DNA of 36,903 bases from Salisapilia sapeloensis CBS 127946. Lineage: Eukaryota; Protista; Oomycota. The position numbers and the translations under genes are program-made. This document shows positions 31,959 to 36,903 of this stretch, in pieces; position 1 is the stretch's first letter; the number at the start of each line of letters is the position of its first letter. Where the stretch lies: the NCBI GenBank assembly GCA_023334545.1, contig JAADVB010000192.1, positions 1 to 36,903 on the forward strand, given 5' to 3'. The notes beneath the pieces were generated by a model. It had not been told where the DNA came from and made no database searches. It was given only the letters and a program-made list of their open reading frames with translations.

Positions 31959-33572
31959 CTACTCGGCATGGTACTGCTGTACTTGGAGACTGCATACGGT
32001 CGTCACGATGGCTAGGATGATCGTAGATACTAGCATAATCTTGTCCGTCCACTTGATTTCGTCCATAAAGAGTTTCCAATACAAGACGGGGGGAAGGATG
32101 AGTGCAAGCAGTGCCATGGGGACGAGCAAGAGACCAAATACGCGTAGAATCTCTAGTCTCGCGACGTACGCGGTGATCCACGTCAAGAGAAGCAACGCCG
32201 TTCGGACGGACACACGGACCGTCCATCGCAATCTCATCTTTTGGATCCGCATTTCTCTCCGACTTTGGATCGTATTTCGATTCGTAATGACTCGCTCGAG
32301 CGACTCGTACGACGTGTGGAGCGTGTCTCGGATGCGACCGAGGTAGTTCGATCCATCGTGGGGAGACTCGGACAAGGAATGGACCCACAAGAGGCTATGT
32401 GGACCTCGTCCTTTATTCTGTCGCTTCGTAATGGACTTCTCAATGGCTTGCTGGAGAGGGTACATGGTTACCGTGTACGTCAGCAACATGTGCAGCGCGT
32501 AGATGGCGATGGAAACCTTGATAATGAGTGCATTGCTAAGATTAAAGAACAGAGGTGTCTGCAGATCGCTTCCATAGACAGCGTACGTGACGGCGCAGAG
32601 AGGAAGGTAGATGACAATAAGCATCGCAACTTGCATCCTCCCTGTCACGTGCGTACACTCCCGAGGTGTTTTCATGGCGTTAAATATGGTTGGCATGACC
32701 GCATGGGAGAAGAAACCACCCAGGAGAATACTAAAAGTGTACGTGATTCGCATAAAAGTAGGAGCGAACGTCAGGTCGGGCGAGACGAGGTGAAAACTTG
32801 GACTGGAGGCGTTCATGTTGTTTGGAGGAAAGAGTGCGTCGCCGATGATAATCGCTTCGAGCCATAGAATTAACGAGACATTTAACGCTGAGAAGAAGGA
32901 CAGTGCTCGGAACGACGGGATGAGCGTGTGGAGCCACGTAGCTAAGGCTACTGCTGCCAGTGCCGAGTTGTAGGTCAACGTCGAGATGGAAGTGATGCAA
33001 ATGGAAGCCAAGGACATGTAGCCACTCGCAGCCACGACGAAATTAAAATAGAGTACGCCGTTGGTGAAGCGTCGTCCATATCGTCCAAAGCACTCGAACG
33101 CAACGTCTCCGTACGTGACTGGCTGGGCATCACGTCGAGACCACCGGACGGTGGCCAGACATTTTGACAATAATCTCGACGTGTACATCGTGATCAATGC
33201 TGTCGACAGCAGGAGAAGGATGCCATACCACTGGAGTTGGACGAGAGCTAACGGGAAGACGACTATGCCTCCTCCTGCCGTAAACGACACGAGATGGTAC
33301 GCTGCTTGCCAATTCGAGATGCCTCGCACTTTTGCTTCTCCGTCATTCGCAAACTCGCCATCATTGTACGTGGCGGTGGCAGTGGTCTCCGCAACAGGTT
33401 TTGGCAGTCCCTGCGCTTGTTTGATCACTTCAATGTTATCCATCGTGCCATAGGTATGGACGGTCTGGTCTTCCGATGATGAGCTGCTGTCGCTGTCACT
33501 AACGTCCAGGTATCGCGGAGAAGGTACGTCTGCAGCACTAGGTAGCGCCAATTGATTGCTCTTGCCAAACAT
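31959..33572 (-). CDS. Amino acid transporter, AAAP / Aa_trans family, 537 aa
   Basis: Hydrophilic N-terminus, then about 10-11 TM helices. Motifs GGGIVVFPLAL, TYGDVAFECFG, SHAVMPTIFNAMKTP, YAVYG and LILPPVLY. Confidence 0.9.
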   Translation of the reverse strand: MFGKSNQLALPSAADVPSPRYLDVSDSDSSSSSEDQTVHTYGTMDNIEVIKQAQGLPKPVAETTATATYNDGEFANDGEAKVRGISNWQAAYHLVSFTAGGGIVVFPLALVQLQWYGILLLLSTALITMYTSRLLSKCLATVRWSRRDAQPVTYGDVAFECFGRYGRRFTNGVLYFNFVVAASGYMSLASICITSISTLTYNSALAAVALATWLHTLIPSFRALSFFSALNVSLILWLEAIIIGDALFPPNNMNASSPSFHLVSPDLTFAPTFMRITYTFSILLGGFFSHAVMPTIFNAMKTPRECTHVTGRMQVAMLIVIYLPLCAVTYAVYGSDLQTPLFFNLSNALIIKVSIAIYALHMLLTYTVTMYPLQQAIEKSITKRQNKGRGPHSLLWVHSLSESPHDGSNYLGRIRDTLHTSYESLERVITNRNTIQSRREMRIQKMRLRWTVRVSVRTALLLLTWITAYVARLEILRVFGLLLVPMALLALILPPVLYWKLFMDEIKWTDKIMLVSTIILAIVTTVCSLQVQQYHAE

Positions 33573-34322
33573 TGCAGTCGATAGGAAATGGAAGGCTCGT
33601 CGTTTTTTCTATCCGAACATTTTTCATCCGAAGGTGCTGGATGCGGAAGATCTCGTCCGAACAGCCACAAGGTGCATCTGTTTGCTGACTGAAGTAATGG
33701 AAAAGTGCCGGACCAATCGCGAAAGAAGGTTGAAGTGATCTAGACGCCGCAATGGATATTGAGATAACGCGCATGGGCGTCGTGACTATGTAAACCGCAT
33801 GAAGGGATCGGAGGAAGTTCAAGTAGAAGATGCTTTCCATTGCTACGTCAAATTTTGATCGTTTGAACACACCTATACAACCGTTCGTAGTGCTTCCTGG
33901 GTATTGCTTCCGCCGGCTTCAAAACACTACTACTGTATGCTCAGTCACGATTGGATTCATGCAAGGACTAGCGAGTGATTCCACCCTGCTTCCTCGTTCA
34001 CACATAGAAACCCATAATGGTGCTACTTCAGGGCTACTTTAGTATAGATTTAATTCACTAACATGATTGGATATTTATATGTTTTAAGCTATGTGATTGG
34101 CAGAAATGGTAAAAAGTGTTTCTAAAAGCCACGGACGCCGAGGTGAAATTAAGCACATATCTTGAACTTTTGACTTGAAAGATAACCGCAAAACACATCA
34201 TCAAGCAACTCTGTGCACCTTTTATGATGGCATAAGTGTTTTGTATTCGTTCTTTATCTTCTTTTCTTTTCTCTTCTATTCTTAGCAAATGAGATCCTCA
34301 AGAGTCACCAACGAGCCAACTT

Positions 34323-34377
34323 TCTAGGTTTCCATTTCCCATGTTTCCATGTCTAGGTCTCCGTATCTAGGTCTCCG
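34323..34377. repeat. Short degenerate tandem repeat cluster TCTAGGT(C/T)TCC(G/A) x3 with TTTCCAT(G) units
   Basis: TCTAGGTTTCCA 34323-34334, TCTAGGTCTCCG 34352-34363 and 34366-34377. Confidence 0.7.
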
Positions 34378-35412
34378 CTCGAAAAGATCAGGCTAAAAAG
34401 TCACCAGAATATATTTTTCTCTCTTTTGATTTACTACTAAAGCGGCATTGCTGTGTTCTCGCATCAAGTAAATGCACAAGAGCAGGATAGTCTGTTTAAT
34501 CCACCTCTCCATATTATTATCATCCTCTTCTTCCATTAAGGAGCGTTAATCGTCTAATTCTTTATGATATACGTGCTGCAGGCCTTCGAGTTGTTTGTTT
34601 GTTTGCTAACGACAGCCTCAGGCAGACTTGGTCTTTACCTCATCGTAGATCTCTAGTCGGATCGGCTATTCATCGACGGTTGCGTCTATGATGCACCATC
34701 GGTCGGCAGTCTATTTAACATTTGACCACGTGAGCTTTGTTTGTTGTATTTCTGAATAAAATAGAGAAGACCTTTCAGTGTCTTTGTCCAGGAATTCTAC
34801 CACAGTCGGTATCTAAAGATCAAAACCTCGGCAGCTGCCAGTGTAAACTTTATAGAGATTAACGCCTTTTTAGCGCTATTCAAGTCAATGCATGTTCCTT
34901 TTGCACATCTCATGCTCATTTTATGTCCGTGACTCGACTTGATTCAAAACCTGACTGATTAATTTACTTGGTGGACCACTGGAGCATCACTGATAGAAAC
35001 AAGGCAAGTACTAGGTACATACAAGGTCGGTAAAACGAATATAATAAGACCAATGCAGCTTCTCAAGCTCCTCCCTCTACCTTTATAGCTTTAATTTACT
35101 TTACCTCTGCTTGATGATATGGTTCGACCTTGCGTACTCCATTCCATATTCTGCAGTCTTGCAGTATTTAAGACACCGAAGATACACTACTAGAAAGTTG
35201 ATGCAGTAGTAAGGAAAAATAAGAAACTGTCGAAGCTGAACAGGAAATCCATGACAACGAATCTAGGTCTTATAGCAGACTTTCAGTGGATGTACCCATA
35301 ACATAGAAGAGCACGCGAGCACTAAGGCTGCTTCTGAAAGCCTCATTTTGCTTTATTCATCAAGCTTCCCAGTACTCTGCTACAAGCCTTTTTAAACGTC
35401 TACTTGATCACA

Positions 35413-36903
35413 ATGTCGTGGGCGTGGATGCTATCGACGGTAACTATCGTCTCGTTGGCTTATATGTGTTACCCTGATGCAAGATACCGAGCTCTGCTAC
35501 CCCTACCTGCACCGAAAGGGACGCTTCCTCTCCTTGGCAATACACTCGACATCGGTGTGAACCATTTTCACAGATTGTGCGATTGGATCACAGACCAATG
35601 TATCGCATTTCAAGGCAAGACTTGGCGACTGTCAATCTTAGGAGATCCTCCTATAATCGTCGTAAGCACACCAGAATTGTTTGAAGATGTGCAAAAGACG
35701 CAGTTTCATGTCTTTGACAAGGGCGAGCTGATGCGAAGTGTCTTGGAAGAGTTTCTTGGAGACTCTTTGTTTGCGCACGACGGAGAGAAATGGAGAGTAC
35801 AACGAAAAGTGCTTGCGAGTATGTTTTCTGTCCGAAAATTCCGAGAGAGTATTGGCGAAAGCATCCACAAGCATTTACTTCTGATGAATGAAACCATGAA
35901 CGACTTCAGCACTACCGGCAAAGTGTTGGATCTGACTAAACTCATTCCATGCCTTTCCTTTGACACCATCATGGAAGTTAGTTTCGGTCATGATCGTCAT
36001 ACACTTCAATCGACAAGTTTTGAGAGCAAAGACGGCAGTGATGAGACAGAGGTGGATGCGCTATGGACTGCTCTGGACGCAACAGCAGAGGCTGTTGAAG
36101 CTCGTTTTTACGAGCCAACATTTCTATGGAGACTAAAGCGGGTCCTCGGAATCGGCCAAGAACGAAAGTTGAGGGAGAGCGTCGAGACTATCAATCAAGT
36201 GGTGTACGAGATTATCTATGAGTGCATTCGTCGACGTAGCGATCCGAAGCAAGGCACTTTAAAAGTGGATAAAGACGTCATTTCTCTCTTTCTAGAACTA
36301 GAGGAGAAAGAAGCAACGATGTCGAGTGATGAAAAAGAGGACAAGGATCGTTTAAATATCAACGCTAAATTCCTAAGAGACATTGGCATGACACTCTTAC
36401 TAGCTGGGCGAGACACTACCGCTGGTACAATCCTCTGGTCACTTGTGGATCTGAACAATCGCTCTGACGTGGTTAATAAGATAAGGAAAGAGCTTCAAGA
36501 GCGACTACCGAAGCTATTTACGGATGAGACGTTTGTACCGGGTTTCGACGACGTTGAGAGCTTAGTTTATCTCGACGCAGTGGTTCGAGAGACTCTGCGC
36601 CTCCACCCTGCTGTCCCTCTGAATACCAAGGAAGCGAATCAAGATACTGTGCTTTCAGACGGAACATTTATCAAGAAGGGAACGCTGGCGTACATTCCAA
36701 CGTACGCTCTGCATCGATTGCCACAAACATGGGGAGATGATGCGAACGAGTTTCGTCCAGAGCGTTGGATCGATCCATCTAGCGGCAAAATCATTTCCGT
36801 ATCGCCATACCAATGGAACGCCTTCCACGCCGGCCCACGACAATGTGTCGGTCAGCGCATGGCCATGATGGAGCTGAAGACTGTGCTGGCACATATGCTG
36901 AGC
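35413..36903 (+). CDS. Cytochrome P450, CYP86/94/704-like clan (fatty-acid hydroxylase type), 497 codons, C-terminus off window
   Basis: Hand translation from ATG 35413 is open to the window end: N-terminal anchor MSWAWMLSTVTIVSLAYM, LPLLGNTL, DGEKWRVQRK, I-helix LLAGRDTT, ETLRLHP (ExxR), FRPERW and heme motif FHAGPRQCVG. Absent from the ORF track because it has no stop in the window. Confidence 0.95.
   Translation, partial: MSWAWMLSTVTIVSLAYMCYPDARYRALLPLPAPKGTLPLLGNTLDIGVNHFHRLCDWITDQCIAFQGKTWRLSILGDPPIIVVSTPELFEDVQKTQFHVFDKGELMRSVLEEFLGDSLFAHDGEKWRVQRKVLASMFSVRKFRESIGESIHKHLLLMNETMNDFSTTGKVLDLTKLIPCLSFDTIMEVSFGHDRHTLQSTSFESKDGSDETEVDALWTALDATAEAVEARFYEPTFLWRLKRVLGIGQERKLRESVETINQVVYEIIYECIRRRSDPKQGTLKVDKDVISLFLELEEKEATMSSDEKEDKDRLNINAKFLRDIGMTLLLAGRDTTAGTILWSLVDLNNRSDVVNKIRKELQERLPKLFTDETFVPGFDDVESLVYLDAVVRETLRLHPAVPLNTKEANQDTVLSDGTFIKKGTLAYIPTYALHRLPQTWGDDANEFRPERWIDPSSGKIISVSPYQWNAFHAGPRQCVGQRMAMMELKTVLAHMLS

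Noticed and set aside
1-36903. CRISPR arrays, rRNA genes and intact mobile elements
   Set aside because: I saw no regularly spaced repeats, rRNA-like segments, transposase or reverse-transcriptase ORFs, LTRs or long terminal inverted repeats.

Overview
This is gene-dense eukaryotic nuclear DNA, most likely from an oomycete (stramenopile). The assignment is inferred from the heme-thiolate peroxidase pair, a THAQKY-type Myb, CYP86-clan-like P450 and GCTCATTY-type initiator motifs. I can support 19 protein-coding genes and one tRNA-Asp(GTC). Seven genes are spliced, with 20 short GT-AG introns reconstructed by hand, and every model has a length divisible by 3. Several genes are missing or fragmented in the ORF track: NOP10, the edge-truncated glycosyltransferase at 1-534 and the edge-truncated P450 at 35413-36903. 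In order: two head-to-head GT-B glycosyltransferase paralogs, NOP10, Ran, RPB11, an Angel/CCR4-family phosphatase, a COG2907-type flavoprotein, a UBL-domain protein, RPN2, MOT1, Myb, a DUF4833-like protein, a divergent Vps33, two heme-thiolate peroxidases flanking the tRNA, Vps45, an amino acid transporter and a cytochrome P450. I found no CRISPR array, rRNA or recognisable transposon, and I cannot support a new multi-gene system. The best leads are a 10-bp element conserved upstream of both peroxidase paralogs, an unusual GTAC-dominated 5' splice-site spectrum in very short introns, the glycosyltransferase pair with an E-x7-Q motif, bacterial-type orphan genes (COG2907, DUF4833) and a 184-codon open frame running from the transporter into Vps45.
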